Below, piece after piece: positions 34,007-44,403 of a stretch of DNA of 64,000 nucleotides. The notes below the pieces were generated by a model. The model did not search any database and had not been told where the DNA came from. It worked only from the letters and a program-made list of their open reading frames with translations. Made by a program: the position numbers and the translations under genes. The first letter of the stretch is position 1. Every line of letters starts with the position of its first letter. Source of the DNA: Candidatus Bathyarchaeia archaeon (GTDB lineage: Archaea; Thermoproteota; Bathyarchaeia; Bathyarchaeales; Bathycorpusculaceae); assembly GCA_038843545.1 (NCBI GenBank), contig JAWBRY010000001.1, positions 19 to 64,018 of the forward strand, read 5' to 3'.

Positions 34007-36094
34007 ATGGAGTGGTTTTACATTACACCAATAGCGGGTTTAGCTGCCGTGAGCTTAGCTATCTACCTATACAAGTATGTTACAAGCCAAGACAGTGGCA
34101 CTGAGAGGATGCGGGAGATTGCAGGAGCCATAAAAGAGGGTGCAAGGGCATATCTTCGAAGGCAGAACATGACGTTGGCTGTTTTCGTGGTTGTGATGGC
34201 TGCGGTTTTGGGAGTGCTCTACACGTTTTACGAGAACGCTGCATTTGGGTTAAGCATGGCTGTTGCCTACATTTTCGGCTCCATATGTACAACGGTTGCC
34301 GCGTATGTTGGCATGATGGCAGCGGTTGAAGCCAACGTTAGGACGGCTAACGCGGCAAGACATGGATTGAAAAAGGCATTCCCCGTGGCCTTCTACGGCG
34401 GCGCGGTTATGGGCTTGTTCATTGTGGGTTTAGCCTTATTGGGTATAAGCCTACTTTACTACCTTTATAGTGTGGTTTTGCCGCCGGTGCTGGGTTGGGC
34501 GCCGAATGTTGCTCCTGTTAAGGCTGCAAATGTGGTTTTGGGTTTCAGCTTTGGGGCAAGCGCCTTAGCACTTTTCGCAAAGGCCGGCGGGGGCATATAC
34601 ACCAAAACTGCAGACATCAGTGCTGACCTTGTTGGAAAGGTTGAGCTTGGTATTCCAGAAGACGACCCTCGAAATCCGGCGGTTATCGCAGACAACGTTG
34701 GGGATAACGTGGGCGACGTTGCAGGGATGGGCGCTGACCTAATAGACTCGTACATCGCAAGCATTGTAGCTGCAATGATCATTGGCGCAACAATGGGCGT
34801 GATCAGCCTTGTCGCCCTCCCCCTCCTCATTGCTGCTGTTGGGCTCTTCGCCTCAATAATAGGCGCCTTTGTGGTTAAGCTGAGCATAAAAGGAAACCCG
34901 GGAGCAGCGCTGAACAGGGGATCTTTCGCCACCTGGATAATTTTCGCGGTTTTCCTGTTCATTGTCACTCGGTTTTCCGGACTACCGGACGATCAGTGGC
35001 TTGGAGTGTTTCTGCCAACAGCTGCAGGTCTTGTGGCTGGAGTTATAATTGGAATAACCTCTGATTACTTCACATCCATCGATAGAACACCAGCGCAAAA
35101 GGTGGCGAAGGCGTCCACAACGGGCGCGGCAATAAACATTCTTACAGGCTTTTCCTATGGCGTCGTAAGCATAGTCCCGCCAATCGTCGGTATTTGCGCC
35201 GCCACCGTTGCGGCGTGGAGTTTGGCCAATGCTTTTGGCATCAACCCCGTGTATGGCATTGCCATAGCGGCTGTTGGGATGCTTGCAACCGTTGGAATGA
35301 CAATATCCGCTGACGCCTATGGACCCGTATCAGATAACGCGAAGGGCATAGCTGAACAGTCTGGCTTGGGCGAAGAAGTTATTGAAGTTGCAGATAGGCT
35401 TGACGCCGCAGGCAACACCACAAAAGCCATAACAAAAGGTTTCGCCATAGGCGCAGCAGCTTTAACGGTCTTGGCGCTTTTCGGCGCATATAAGGAACTG
35501 GTTGAGCATCTGCTTGGCACGGAGATGGCGCTTGATTTAATGAATCCTAACATTGTCGCCGGCGTTTTCTTGGGCGGCATGATGCCCCCACTGCTTTCGG
35601 CACTATTAATACTGGCTGTTGGAAAAAACGCTGAAAGAATGGTTGAAGAGGTTAGGCGCCAGTTTAGGGAGATTCCCGGGCTCATGGAGGGCAAGGCGAA
35701 ACCAGACTACGCCAAATGTGTGGACATAGCCACTAAAGGCGCCCTTAAAGAGTTAATGCTACCATGTCTCCTAGCCATAATAGTCCCGATCTTGACCATG
35801 ATAGTTTTGGGCAAGGAAGCCTTGGCGGGTTTCCTAGCCGGAAGCATTGTGACGGGCATCATCTTCGCATTGTTCATGGCTAATGCTGGCGGCCTCTGGG
35901 ACAACGCCAAAAAATACATCGAAGCCGGAGCCTATGGCGGGAAAGGCTCAGAGGCTCATAGGGCTGCTGTGACAGGTGACACTGTTGGAGACCCGTTCAA
36001 GGACACTGCGGGACCATCGCTTAACACGATGATCACGGTGATGTCGCTGGTGGCCGAAGTCTTCGCACCGCTAATCCTATTGCTAATTGCTTAA
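34007..36094 (+). CDS. hppA: Membrane-bound H+(or Na+)-translocating pyrophosphatase
   Basis: 695 aa and polytopic. Signature motifs are GGGIYTKTADISADLVGKVE, DNVGDNVGD and TGDTVGDPFKDTAGPSLN. Confidence 0.95.
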   Translation: MEWFYITPIAGLAAVSLAIYLYKYVTSQDSGTERMREIAGAIKEGARAYLRRQNMTLAVFVVVMAAVLGVLYTFYENAAFGLSMAVAYIFGSICTTVAAYVGMMAAVEANVRTANAARHGLKKAFPVAFYGGAVMGLFIVGLALLGISLLYYLYSVVLPPVLGWAPNVAPVKAANVVLGFSFGASALALFAKAGGGIYTKTADISADLVGKVELGIPEDDPRNPAVIADNVGDNVGDVAGMGADLIDSYIASIVAAMIIGATMGVISLVALPLLIAAVGLFASIIGAFVVKLSIKGNPGAALNRGSFATWIIFAVFLFIVTRFSGLPDDQWLGVFLPTAAGLVAGVIIGITSDYFTSIDRTPAQKVAKASTTGAAINILTGFSYGVVSIVPPIVGICAATVAAWSLANAFGINPVYGIAIAAVGMLATVGMTISADAYGPVSDNAKGIAEQSGLGEEVIEVADRLDAAGNTTKAITKGFAIGAAALTVLALFGAYKELVEHLLGTEMALDLMNPNIVAGVFLGGMMPPLLSALLILAVGKNAERMVEEVRRQFREIPGLMEGKAKPDYAKCVDIATKGALKELMLPCLLAIIVPILTMIVLGKEALAGFLAGSIVTGIIFALFMANAGGLWDNAKKYIEAGAYGGKGSEAHRAAVTGDTVGDPFKDTAGPSLNTMITVMSLVAEVFAPLILLLIA

Positions 36095-36153
36095 CTTCCT
36101 CCTTTTTATTATGGAGTCAGCTTGAGGGTGAAGCAGAGAATTTTATAAATAAG

Positions 36154-39024
36154 TTGCTGTATGTCTCCTTGTTAAACCGTGTTGAAAGAGGCGTTCATAT
36201 GGCCAAACTTTGGCATGCCATGGAAGTTAACGAAGTTCTAAGCGAGTTAGGAGTAAGCCGTAACGGTCTATTCTCCTCTGAAGCCCTTGAAAGGCTTAGA
36301 AAATATGGTCCAAACGAAATCCGCAAAGTGAAAAGGCGAACAGCCCTCCACATGTTTCTTGACGAGTTTAAAGACATATTCATCTTGCTGTTAATCGCCG
36401 CAACAATATTCTCAGCTATAATAGGTTATTGGGAGATGATGCACGGTGGAGAATTCATGGAGGCCTTTGCAGACACCATAACCATAAGCGCCATAGTCCT
36501 CTTATGCGCCATAACCGGTTTTATCCAAGAATACAGGGCGGAAAAGGCTGTTGAAGCCCTTAAAAAACTCGCGGCTCCGAAAGCTCGTGTGATAAGGGAC
36601 GGTGAAGAGATCATTATCCCGGCAAGTGAAGTCGTGCCGGGGGACATCTTAGCCCTAGAAGAGGGCGACCACATACCCGCTGACGCCCGCCTCATAGAGG
36701 TTGTTGAGCTTAAAACTAACGAGGCAGTGCTCACGGGGGAGTCCGTGCCAGTTAACAAAGAGCTTGTGGTTTTGTCTGAAAACACTCCTGTTTCCGAGAG
36801 GCGGAATATGGTTTTCTCCGCCACCCACGTGGTTTACGGCCGCGGTAAAGCTGTCGTTGTGGCAACGGGCATGAACACGGAATTTGGAAAAATTGCCGAA
36901 ATGGTGCAAACAGCCGAGGAGGAGGAAACCCCACTACAAAAGAAGCTGGATAGGTTTGCGAGCAAAATAGCAAAAGTTGTGATTGCTGTGTGCGCCTTAA
37001 TTTTTGCTCTTGAAGCCTTTGAAGTAATAATGAAAATGCATTTTGAAGCTGAAGGGTTCATTCAAGCTTTCATGTCATCAATTTCTCTAGCCATATCCGC
37101 GGTTCCAGAGGGGCTCCCCGCGATAGTAACCATTGCACTGGCCTTGGGCGCAAGGGAGTTTGCGAAACGCAACGCTATTGTTAGAAAGTTGTCGGCAGCC
37201 GAAAGTCTTGGGGCGGTGACTGTAATATGCTCAGACAAAACAGGGACTATAACAAAGGGCGAGATGACTGTTCGACAGATATACATTGATGGAAAACTTG
37301 TTGAAGTTACGGGTGTTGGCTATGAGCCGAAAGGCGAGTTCCGCATAGGCGGCGAAACTGTTAATCCCCAGGGAAGCCTTGAACTGCTCCTACGGATAGG
37401 CGCACTGTGCAATAACGCTAGCCTAAGAAAAAATGACCAGCGAAACAGTTGGGAAATTTTTGGGGATCCAACGGAGGGCGCCTTGATAGTTTCGGCAGCC
37501 AAGGCTGGACTTGACAAAGAAGCTTTGGAGCAGACGTTTCCACGGATCGGCGAGATTCCCTTCACATCTGAAAGAAAACGCATGACAACAGTTCACAAAG
37601 CCCCCGACGGTGAAGTTTACGCCTACATGAAGGGAGCGCCCGAAATAGTTCTTGAAAAATGCTCACATATCCTTGAAGGTGGAAAAGAGAAAAAACTCAC
37701 GGAGGAAAAAAGGAAAAGGATTTTAGAAATCAATGAACAACTGGCCGGCAACGCCCTACGGGTTCTCGCGATGGCTTATAGACGTTTACCGGCAACAATG
37801 GAAAAATACGGTGCTGAAGTTGTTGAGGATGGAATGGTTTTCGTCGGCCTCCAAGGTATGATAGACCCTCCAAGGGAAGAAGCCATAGAGGCAAACAAGA
37901 AATGCCAAAAAGCCGGCATAAAAACGGTCATGATAACGGGCGACCACAAATTGACCGCCATAGCTGTTGCAAAAGAGGTTGGAATCTACAAGGAAGGCGA
38001 CATCGTTCTGACGGGCGCTGAACTGGACAAAATAAGCGACAAAGAATTCGAGGAAATAGTTGAGAAGGTGACGGTTTACGCTAGGGTTTCGCCGGAGCAC
38101 AAACTTCGGATTGTCAACGCTTTGAAAAGGAAAGGCCACATAGTGGCAATGACAGGCGACGGCGTCAACGATGCACCGGCAGTGAAAGCCGCCGACGTCG
38201 GCGTCGCAATGGGCATGAGCGGAACAGACGTCACAAGGGAGGCGGCAGACCTAGTCCTAACAGACGACAACTTCGCAACAATAGTTAAAGCCGTTGAGCA
38301 GGGAAGAGTGATATACGACAACATACGCAAATATGCACGTTTCCTCTTGGCATGCAACTTTGACGAACTTCTAGTCATTGGAACTTTTGCAATCCTCGGC
38401 GGAATATTCTCGCCTGAAATGTTTCCGCTTCCGCTCCTGCCAGCCATGATACTTTGGATAAACCTTGTCACGGATGGGGCTCCAGCAGTAGCCCTTGCAA
38501 CAGACCCTCCAGACGTTGATGTCATGGATAGACCGCCCCGCAAACCTGAAGAGGGGATACTCCATGGAATGGGCGCCTTTATAATAGCGTCGTTTATACT
38601 TCAAGCAACCGGCACATTCCTAGTGTTCTGTCTAGAATACTATGTTTGGCCGTCCCACCCGTGGATCCTTCCAGACGGAACCATTGACGAGGTGGCGAGA
38701 CAGCTCACCTACAGAGAGGCTACCACAACAGCCTTTGTGCAAGCCGCCATGTTCGAGCTTTTCGTTGTGTGGAACTGTCGCTCAGAGAAACGCAGCGTAT
38801 GGAGGATGGGCAGAAAAGCCTTCGAAAACAAGTTCTTTGTAATCGCCGACCTAGTGTCTGTTGCCCTGACTCTTGGAATAACCTACATGCCAATAACACA
38901 GCAACTGTTCCACTTAACAGCCCTAAGCCTTACAGACCTTGCGTACGTTGTAGGCGTGGCAAGCTGGGGCCTCCTAATATTCCCAGAGATATTCATGGGC
39001 AGAAAAGTCTGGAAATGGCAGTAG
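36154..39024 (+). CDS. P-type ATPase, type IIA (Ca2+-ATPase-like) cation pump
   Basis: 956 aa. Motifs: TGES, ICSDKTGTIT, MITGDH, TGDGVNDAPA and PEGLPA in TM4. The probable ATG start is at 36199 (MAKLWHAMEV). Confidence 0.9.
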   Translation: MLYVSLLNRVERGVHMAKLWHAMEVNEVLSELGVSRNGLFSSEALERLRKYGPNEIRKVKRRTALHMFLDEFKDIFILLLIAATIFSAIIGYWEMMHGGEFMEAFADTITISAIVLLCAITGFIQEYRAEKAVEALKKLAAPKARVIRDGEEIIIPASEVVPGDILALEEGDHIPADARLIEVVELKTNEAVLTGESVPVNKELVVLSENTPVSERRNMVFSATHVVYGRGKAVVVATGMNTEFGKIAEMVQTAEEEETPLQKKLDRFASKIAKVVIAVCALIFALEAFEVIMKMHFEAEGFIQAFMSSISLAISAVPEGLPAIVTIALALGAREFAKRNAIVRKLSAAESLGAVTVICSDKTGTITKGEMTVRQIYIDGKLVEVTGVGYEPKGEFRIGGETVNPQGSLELLLRIGALCNNASLRKNDQRNSWEIFGDPTEGALIVSAAKAGLDKEALEQTFPRIGEIPFTSERKRMTTVHKAPDGEVYAYMKGAPEIVLEKCSHILEGGKEKKLTEEKRKRILEINEQLAGNALRVLAMAYRRLPATMEKYGAEVVEDGMVFVGLQGMIDPPREEAIEANKKCQKAGIKTVMITGDHKLTAIAVAKEVGIYKEGDIVLTGAELDKISDKEFEEIVEKVTVYARVSPEHKLRIVNALKRKGHIVAMTGDGVNDAPAVKAADVGVAMGMSGTDVTREAADLVLTDDNFATIVKAVEQGRVIYDNIRKYARFLLACNFDELLVIGTFAILGGIFSPEMFPLPLLPAMILWINLVTDGAPAVALATDPPDVDVMDRPPRKPEEGILHGMGAFIIASFILQATGTFLVFCLEYYVWPSHPWILPDGTIDEVARQLTYREATTTAFVQAAMFELFVVWNCRSEKRSVWRMGRKAFENKFFVIADLVSVALTLGITYMPITQQLFHLTALSLTDLAYVVGVASWGLLIFPEIFMGRKVWKWQ

Positions 39025-39041
39025 AACTAGGCAAACTCTGT

Positions 39042-40334
39042 TCATGGATATATGCGGGTTATTGTTCTTGGGAAGGGTATTGCCTCACGAATGTGCTTAA
39101 GCTTACAAATCCACATCACAGTTCTTTCTATTCCAAGCCCAAACCCGGAGTGGGGGACCGAACCATACCTCCGCAGGTCAAGGTACCACTCGTAGGCTTG
39201 TCGCGGTAGGCCGAACTCTTCTATGCGCTTCTCCAGCAATTTCAAGTCGTGGATACGTTGGCTTCCACCTATTATTTCTCCGTAACCTTCAGGGGCCATT
39301 AAATCCGCGCAGAGCACAACCTCTGGGTTTTCTGGGTCGGGCTGCATGTAGAAGGCTTTAGCCTTAGCTGGATATCTATGTACAAAAACGGGTTTTTCAA
39401 ACTGGAGGGAAATGTACCTTTCATGGGGTGCTCCAAGGTCTTCCCCCCACTCTATTTGGAAGCCGGCCTTCTGCAGCATGCTTATGGCTTCCGTATAGCT
39501 TAATCTCTCAAACGGCGGCTCAACCTTTTGCAGAGGCTTTATGTCCCGCTTCAGAATTTCTAATTCTCTCCGGCGTTTTTCAAGAACCGTTTTAACAATG
39601 TAGGTTACCATTTCCTCTTGAACCTTCAAGTTTTCTTCGAAGTCGCAGAAAGCCATTTCCGGTTCAACCATCCAAAACTCCGTTAGATGCCTTGGCGTTT
39701 TAGATTTCTCAGCCCTAAACGTTGGACCGAAACAGTAAACTTTCTTGAAGGCGGCTATCGTCGCCTCTACATAAAGCTGGCCGCTTTGGGTTAGGTAGGC
39801 TTTTTCTCCGAAATATGGCACTTCAAAGAGGGTTGTTGTCCCCTCAACGGCAGCCGGCGTAAATATGGGGGCGTCTGTTAAAACGAAGCCTCGAGTGTCA
39901 AGGAAGTCTCTGCATGCTTTAATCACATCAGCCCTAATCCTTAGGATGGCAGTTTGCCTCGGGCTTCTAATCCACAGCTGTCTGTGATTCAGTAGGAAGT
40001 CTATGCCGTGCTCTTTTTTCGCCAATGGGTAGTCACGTTCAGCTAGGTGGACAATTTGTAAGTCCTTAACTCGAATTTCGTAGCCTCCGGGCGCCCTCCG
40101 ATCTTCCTTTACTGTTCCTCTGATTATTATGGAGGATTCCTGAGTGAGTTTATCCGCATCATCAAAGACTTTCTCGCCAACCTCGTCTTTGTGGATGGTG
40201 GCCTGCATGAAGCCCGTTCCATCCCTAACTATTAAAAACTGTACTCCGCCGCTGGAGCGTCTCGTTACAAGCCAGCCTTTTATTTCGACTTCGCAGTTCG
40301 TGAGTTTGCCGTCTAAAATGTCACTTACATTCAT
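39042..40334 (-). CDS. asnS: Asparaginyl-tRNA synthetase (class IIb; AspRS not fully excluded)
   Basis: 430 aa. An N-terminal OB fold is followed by ..HRQLWIRS.., ..[10 protein letters not shown].., [24 protein letters not shown] and GFGLGIERT. The TQSGQLY and KSKT...FWM motifs favour AsnRS. Confidence 0.7.
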   Translation of the reverse strand: MNVSDILDGKLTNCEVEIKGWLVTRRSSGGVQFLIVRDGTGFMQATIHKDEVGEKVFDDADKLTQESSIIIRGTVKEDRRAPGGYEIRVKDLQIVHLAERDYPLAKKEHGIDFLLNHRQLWIRSPRQTAILRIRADVIKACRDFLDTRGFVLTDAPIFTPAAVEGTTTLFEVPYFGEKAYLTQSGQLYVEATIAAFKKVYCFGPTFRAEKSKTPRHLTEFWMVEPEMAFCDFEENLKVQEEMVTYIVKTVLEKRRRELEILKRDIKPLQKVEPPFERLSYTEAISMLQKAGFQIEWGEDLGAPHERYISLQFEKPVFVHRYPAKAKAFYMQPDPENPEVVLCADLMAPEGYGEIIGGSQRIHDLKLLEKRIEEFGLPRQAYEWYLDLRRYGSVPHSGFGLGIERTVMWICKLKHIREAIPFPRTITRIYP

Positions 40335-40523
40335 TTGCCCGTCCTCCTTTAAAACCGTTGGGGGTGCTGTTAGCCTTTAAGCTAAGAGTTATAAGAAGTT
40401 TTAGCCACGTTAAAATGGCCACCTAACACCTTTAATACCCAGATAATATGCGCCATTTTTCTATTTTAAATGTTTTGGCTTGGGGCTCCATAACTCTTAA
40501 ATCTCTTTCATTAGCTGGTTTCT

Positions 40524-41894
40524 TTGAGCGTAATGCACATCAATCAAGGAAGGCTTAAAGCCCTAAAAATATCCGCGTTTGCCATAACAAGCGTTGCTAT
40601 CGTAGAGTTTATCTCCGGCTTGCTTGCTGGCAGTTTAGCAATCATAAGCGATAGCGCCCACGCCACGCTGGACGCCTTGTCAACGTTCATTTTGCTCTAC
40701 GCCACTAAAGCCTCGCTGAAACCTTCAGACGAGGAGCACATGTATGGGCATGAAAAATTCGAGTCCTTGGGCGGTTTAGTTGGCGGCATAATCCTTCTTG
40801 GCACCGCCCTCTACCTGGTTATGAGGGCATTCCAAAAAATTTTCACGGGAGAGATCTTCATAGTTCAAGAATGGCAGGTTATAGGCTTCGCCGCCATAGC
40901 CTACACCTTTTGTGTTGACCTTTTAAGGTTGAAGGTGCTTTATAACGTGAGGGAGGAAAGTGTGACGGCGAAGGCTGGCTTTTACCATTCTTTTGCGGAT
41001 TTGGGTTCAACTCTTGTGGCTTTTTCCGGGTTCAGCATGGCGGCTTTAGGCTTTCCAGTTTTCGATGTTTTGGCCTCCCTTGTTTTGAGCACAGTTATAG
41101 GTTATCTAAGCGTTAAACTTGTTAAAGCCAGCGGAATGGAGCTAAGCGACGCCGTGCCTAAAGGCCTCATTGAAAAGGTTATAGTGGAAATTGCGGCGAC
41201 GGATGGAGTTTCAAAAATCGCAAACTTGAGGGTTAGGAAGGCTGGAGCCAAAACCTTTGTTGAGGCCGCCATAAATGTTCCAGACTACATGAGTCTTGAG
41301 GAATCCCATGCGGTTGCTTCAAAAGTGGAGGAGAACCTCAAACGCCTACTAGGCTCGGCTGAAGTTGTCATCCACGTTGAACCTTCTGAAAGGGAAATGT
41401 TAACCGCGAAGCTCGTGGAAAAGCTTGCAAGAGAGGTGGAGGGTGTAAAAGAGGTCCATGAAATAAGCGTTGTCCATTCCAACGGCAAACTGTACCTAAC
41501 ATTACATGTAAGGGTTGACCCCAAACTGTCCCTACACGAAGCCCATGAACTGGCGGAGAAAATTGAACAAAACCTCCTTCTGGAAATCAAGAACATTGAA
41601 AATGTAACAGTGCACATAGAACCATTTAATTCGAATATTCGAAGAGGCCCTATCGCGGACGAGGGGGAAATTCGCCGAATAATATTTGAGACGGCTGAGA
41701 CCATGCGGCAATTTCTCAGTGTAAAGCGAATCGTTACGTATGTTGCTGGTAGGCGATATATAAACATAGACTGCTGTTTCACGGGGCAAGTTAACGTTGA
41801 AAAAGCTCACGAAATAGCATCAAAAATTGAAGACGCGATAAAACATAGGTTTTCAGAAACCGTGGTTACGGTGCACGTTGAACCCCAAACGTGA
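40524..41894 (+). CDS. Cation diffusion facilitator (CDF) transporter with a triplicated cytoplasmic C-terminal domain
   Basis: 456 aa. The six-TM CDF core has SDSAHATLD and ..HSFADLGS... Three consecutive segments of about 80 aa each end in V(I/T)(I/V)H(V/I)EP. ATG alternative at 40533. Confidence 0.8.
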   Translation: MSVMHINQGRLKALKISAFAITSVAIVEFISGLLAGSLAIISDSAHATLDALSTFILLYATKASLKPSDEEHMYGHEKFESLGGLVGGIILLGTALYLVMRAFQKIFTGEIFIVQEWQVIGFAAIAYTFCVDLLRLKVLYNVREESVTAKAGFYHSFADLGSTLVAFSGFSMAALGFPVFDVLASLVLSTVIGYLSVKLVKASGMELSDAVPKGLIEKVIVEIAATDGVSKIANLRVRKAGAKTFVEAAINVPDYMSLEESHAVASKVEENLKRLLGSAEVVIHVEPSEREMLTAKLVEKLAREVEGVKEVHEISVVHSNGKLYLTLHVRVDPKLSLHEAHELAEKIEQNLLLEIKNIENVTVHIEPFNSNIRRGPIADEGEIRRIIFETAETMRQFLSVKRIVTYVAGRRYINIDCCFTGQVNVEKAHEIASKIEDAIKHRFSETVVTVHVEPQT

Positions 41895-41899
41895 AAGAT

Positions 41900-42772
41900 T
41901 TAACCCAGACTTCCCAACAAAAATGCAATGAGCCCCACGAGAAACCAGCCTAGCACTTGACTTTTCACACGCTTAGCGTTTTCCCGCGAAGGGTTCTTTA
42001 GAAGCATCGCCGAGGCCGCTATGAGCCCAATGTCGGTGGCCATAACAGCCGGTATGAACCAGAAAGATACAAGGTTCAGCATGGGCGGTAGAGGCGTTAG
42101 GGCCACCGCGAGCATGTAAAAAATCACAGCGATTACTGCCGCCTTCCTCTCTCCATAGAGAACCGCCACAGTCTTTATGTTTCTGGTTTTGTCCCCTTGA
42201 ACGTCCACTATTCCCTTCGTTATCTCTCTACCCGTGTTCGAAAGGAACACCATGGCCACAAAAATCCAAATTTTGCTCTCCACCACACCGGATACGGCCA
42301 AGTTTCCATAAATAAACGGCGCTGAAACACATGCACTCACCATCAAGTTCCCAAGAAACCCCGTTTTCTTCCCGAAAGTGACATAGCTCACCGAGATTAA
42401 CCAGAAAATAAAGGCTGTTGTAATACATGGGAGCACTACAGCAGAGTTTGTGAGAAACGCCGCCGCCAGACCTAATACTGACAACACTCCGGCGAAAGCC
42501 AATGCTTCCCTAGGCTTTATTAAACCGCTTGGAATTGGGCGTGAAGGCTCGTTAATGGCGTCTATCTCCCTGTCATAATAATCGTTTATGGCCATTGAAG
42601 CCGCTGTCAGCAAAAAACCAGTAAAGAAGCCATAGGCCAAACTGGAAAAGTGGCGACTAGAAAGGGCACCCACATCTGCGAGAACAGCGCCCACGACCAC
42701 TGCAAAACCCATCATTAAACAGTTCATTGGACGCGTTAGACGCACATAGCCCATAAGCTTTTCCATGCCCAT
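41900..42772 (-). CDS. UbiA-family prenyltransferase, digeranylgeranylglyceryl phosphate synthase-like
   Basis: It has the UbiA motif NDYYDREIDAINEPSRPIPSG and about 8 TM helices. The ORF-track start at 42982 would add about 70 non-hydrophobic residues overlapping the divergent gene. The ATGs at 42772 or 42766 (MGMEKLMGYVRLTRP) fit better. Confidence 0.75.
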   Translation of the reverse strand: MGMEKLMGYVRLTRPMNCLMMGFAVVVGAVLADVGALSSRHFSSLAYGFFTGFLLTAASMAINDYYDREIDAINEPSRPIPSGLIKPREALAFAGVLSVLGLAAAFLTNSAVVLPCITTAFIFWLISVSYVTFGKKTGFLGNLMVSACVSAPFIYGNLAVSGVVESKIWIFVAMVFLSNTGREITKGIVDVQGDKTRNIKTVAVLYGERKAAVIAVIFYMLAVALTPLPPMLNLVSFWFIPAVMATDIGLIAASAMLLKNPSRENAKRVKSQVLGWFLVGLIAFLLGSLG

Positions 42773-42854
42773 CCAGCTCGCAGCGCCCACGTCAGTTCTC
42801 CTAAAAGGTTTAATTTGCACCGATATAAATAACATCGGTAAAGCTGGCGATTCT

Positions 42855-44117
42855 TTGATCCGCGACTTTGAACCGGAGAAGCTGACGGTAATAATTCCCG
42901 TAGGTGGGAAGGCCACTCGGCTTTTGCCGCTGACAGCTGAAACCAGCAAGGCTTGCTTAAGGCTTTTAAATAGGCCGCTCATAGAGTTTTCGCTTTTATC
43001 CCTTGCACGTCAAGGCGTTAGAAACTTCATATTTGGAGTTAAAGGATACACAAACTACCGAGATTTATACGATTACTTCGAGTCTGGCTACGGGTTTTCA
43101 GCCCGTTACGGCATAAGCCCGCGAGTTCACATTAAATATCAGCCAAACATGGACGATTTGGGAAGCGCAGATTCAGCGCGAATAAACATGGAATATTACA
43201 ATGTAAAGGGTGTAGTCTTTGCAGTGCAAGGCGACAACATTTTCGATGTAAACCTAAAAGAGCTTGTTAAATTCCACCTAGAGAAAGAAGCCACGCTTAC
43301 AATAGCCCTAAGGGAGGTGGAAAGCGTCGAAGGCTACGGCGTCGCCGCCATAACCAAAGACTACAGAATCCAAAAATTCATTGAAAAGCCAGCCCCTGGA
43401 GAGGCGCCATCAAATCTTGTGAACACTGGCCTCTACATGCTTTCGCCAGAGATAAGAAGGATATTTAGAGAAAAAGGCGTTAAACAATTAATGAAGGAGC
43501 GTAACCGCCTCGACTTCGGATACGACTTCATCCCCTACCTAATAGAGACCGGAAGACCTGTTTACGGCTATGTCTTAAGGGGCGGCTGGTATGATGTAGG
43601 AACTCCTGAACGTTATTTAGAAGCTATGCATGACTTGTTGGAAGGCCGCTTCTCATATCTTTTAGACTTTGAGGGGAGAATAGACGCCAAAACAAGAGTT
43701 TGGATTCAAGGTGAAAGTTTAGAATCCATGAAGCGTCGAGAAGAGATCATTAAGAAGATCAAGCAGGGGAAAATCGAGGTTGAGGGGAGCGTTTTAATAG
43801 GCCGACATTGTAAAATAGGCGATGGATCGCGGTTAGCAAATTCCTGCATAGATAACTATACAAGGATTGAACGTGGAGTCACTATAGAAAATTCCGCCGT
43901 TATGGATAGGACTATAGTCGGTAATAGGGCGGAGATAAGGGACAGCATTATAGGCAGACACGTAACCATAAACTCAAGTTTCAAAAATCCAACAAAAATC
44001 AGTGCAATTTCCGTGGTGGCTGACGACGTCACAATTGCAGAAGGTTCTGTCTTAAACGCAACAAAGGTTTACCCCCACAAGCATGTCAAGGGGCAATTTG
44101 AAAACCAGACAATCTAA
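42855..44117 (+). CDS. Sugar-1-phosphate nucleotidylyltransferase with a C-terminal left-handed beta-helix
   Basis: The N-terminus reads ..VIIPVGGKATRLLPLT... The C-terminal region contains hexapeptide-like repeats. A TTG at 42855 preceded by ATATAAATAA (42823-42832) is the likelier start. The ORF track opens at 42765. Confidence 0.8.
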   Translation: MIRDFEPEKLTVIIPVGGKATRLLPLTAETSKACLRLLNRPLIEFSLLSLARQGVRNFIFGVKGYTNYRDLYDYFESGYGFSARYGISPRVHIKYQPNMDDLGSADSARINMEYYNVKGVVFAVQGDNIFDVNLKELVKFHLEKEATLTIALREVESVEGYGVAAITKDYRIQKFIEKPAPGEAPSNLVNTGLYMLSPEIRRIFREKGVKQLMKERNRLDFGYDFIPYLIETGRPVYGYVLRGGWYDVGTPERYLEAMHDLLEGRFSYLLDFEGRIDAKTRVWIQGESLESMKRREEIIKKIKQGKIEVEGSVLIGRHCKIGDGSRLANSCIDNYTRIERGVTIENSAVMDRTIVGNRAEIRDSIIGRHVTINSSFKNPTKISAISVVADDVTIAEGSVLNATKVYPHKHVKGQFENQTI

Positions 44118-44396
44118 CTATTTCTGTTCGCTTAGCTCCTTTATCTCTTTCCACACATGATAAGCCAAGCTGGTTGCAGAGCCTGCCGCAATCCCCAGCA
44201 ATATCTCCATTAACCACTGATTCTTTAGGGCAACGGCGACAATGGTTGCGGCGTCAAAGGAGATGGCTATCATAACGTAAATCCAACACCACGTAGTTGA
44301 TTCCAAGCGGCGGGGTCTGCTTATCCCAACAACTGAAAGTATTGCAAGAACAATTAAGGCGGATATCAGAATGTGAATCATCAGCCTTTCAACCAT
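44118..44396 (-). CDS. Small membrane protein (hypothetical)
   Basis: About 92 aa from the internal ATG (MVERLMIHILISALIVLAILSVVG..) with 3 hydrophobic helices. The longer 116-aa version would overlap endA. Confidence 0.35.
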   Translation of the reverse strand: MVERLMIHILISALIVLAILSVVGISRPRRLESTTWCWIYVMIAISFDAATIVAVALKNQWLMEILLGIAAGSATSLAYHVWKEIKELSEQK

Positions 44397-44403
44397 CCCT
44401 TGA

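Noticed and set aside
33652-34104. 150-aa plus-strand ORF spanning the udp-hppA spacer.
   Set aside because: It reads straight through the tRNA-Ser gene (33754-33869) and into the hppA start, with no protein-like features. It is an artefact.
42765-42982. Apparent 218-nt head-to-head overlap of the UbiA prenyltransferase and the nucleotidyltransferase ORFs.
   Set aside because: Both N-terminal extensions lack family-like sequence. Internal starts (ATG 42772 on the minus strand, TTG 42855 on the plus strand) leave a normal divergent promoter with an ATATAAATAA box. The overlap is an ORF-calling artefact.
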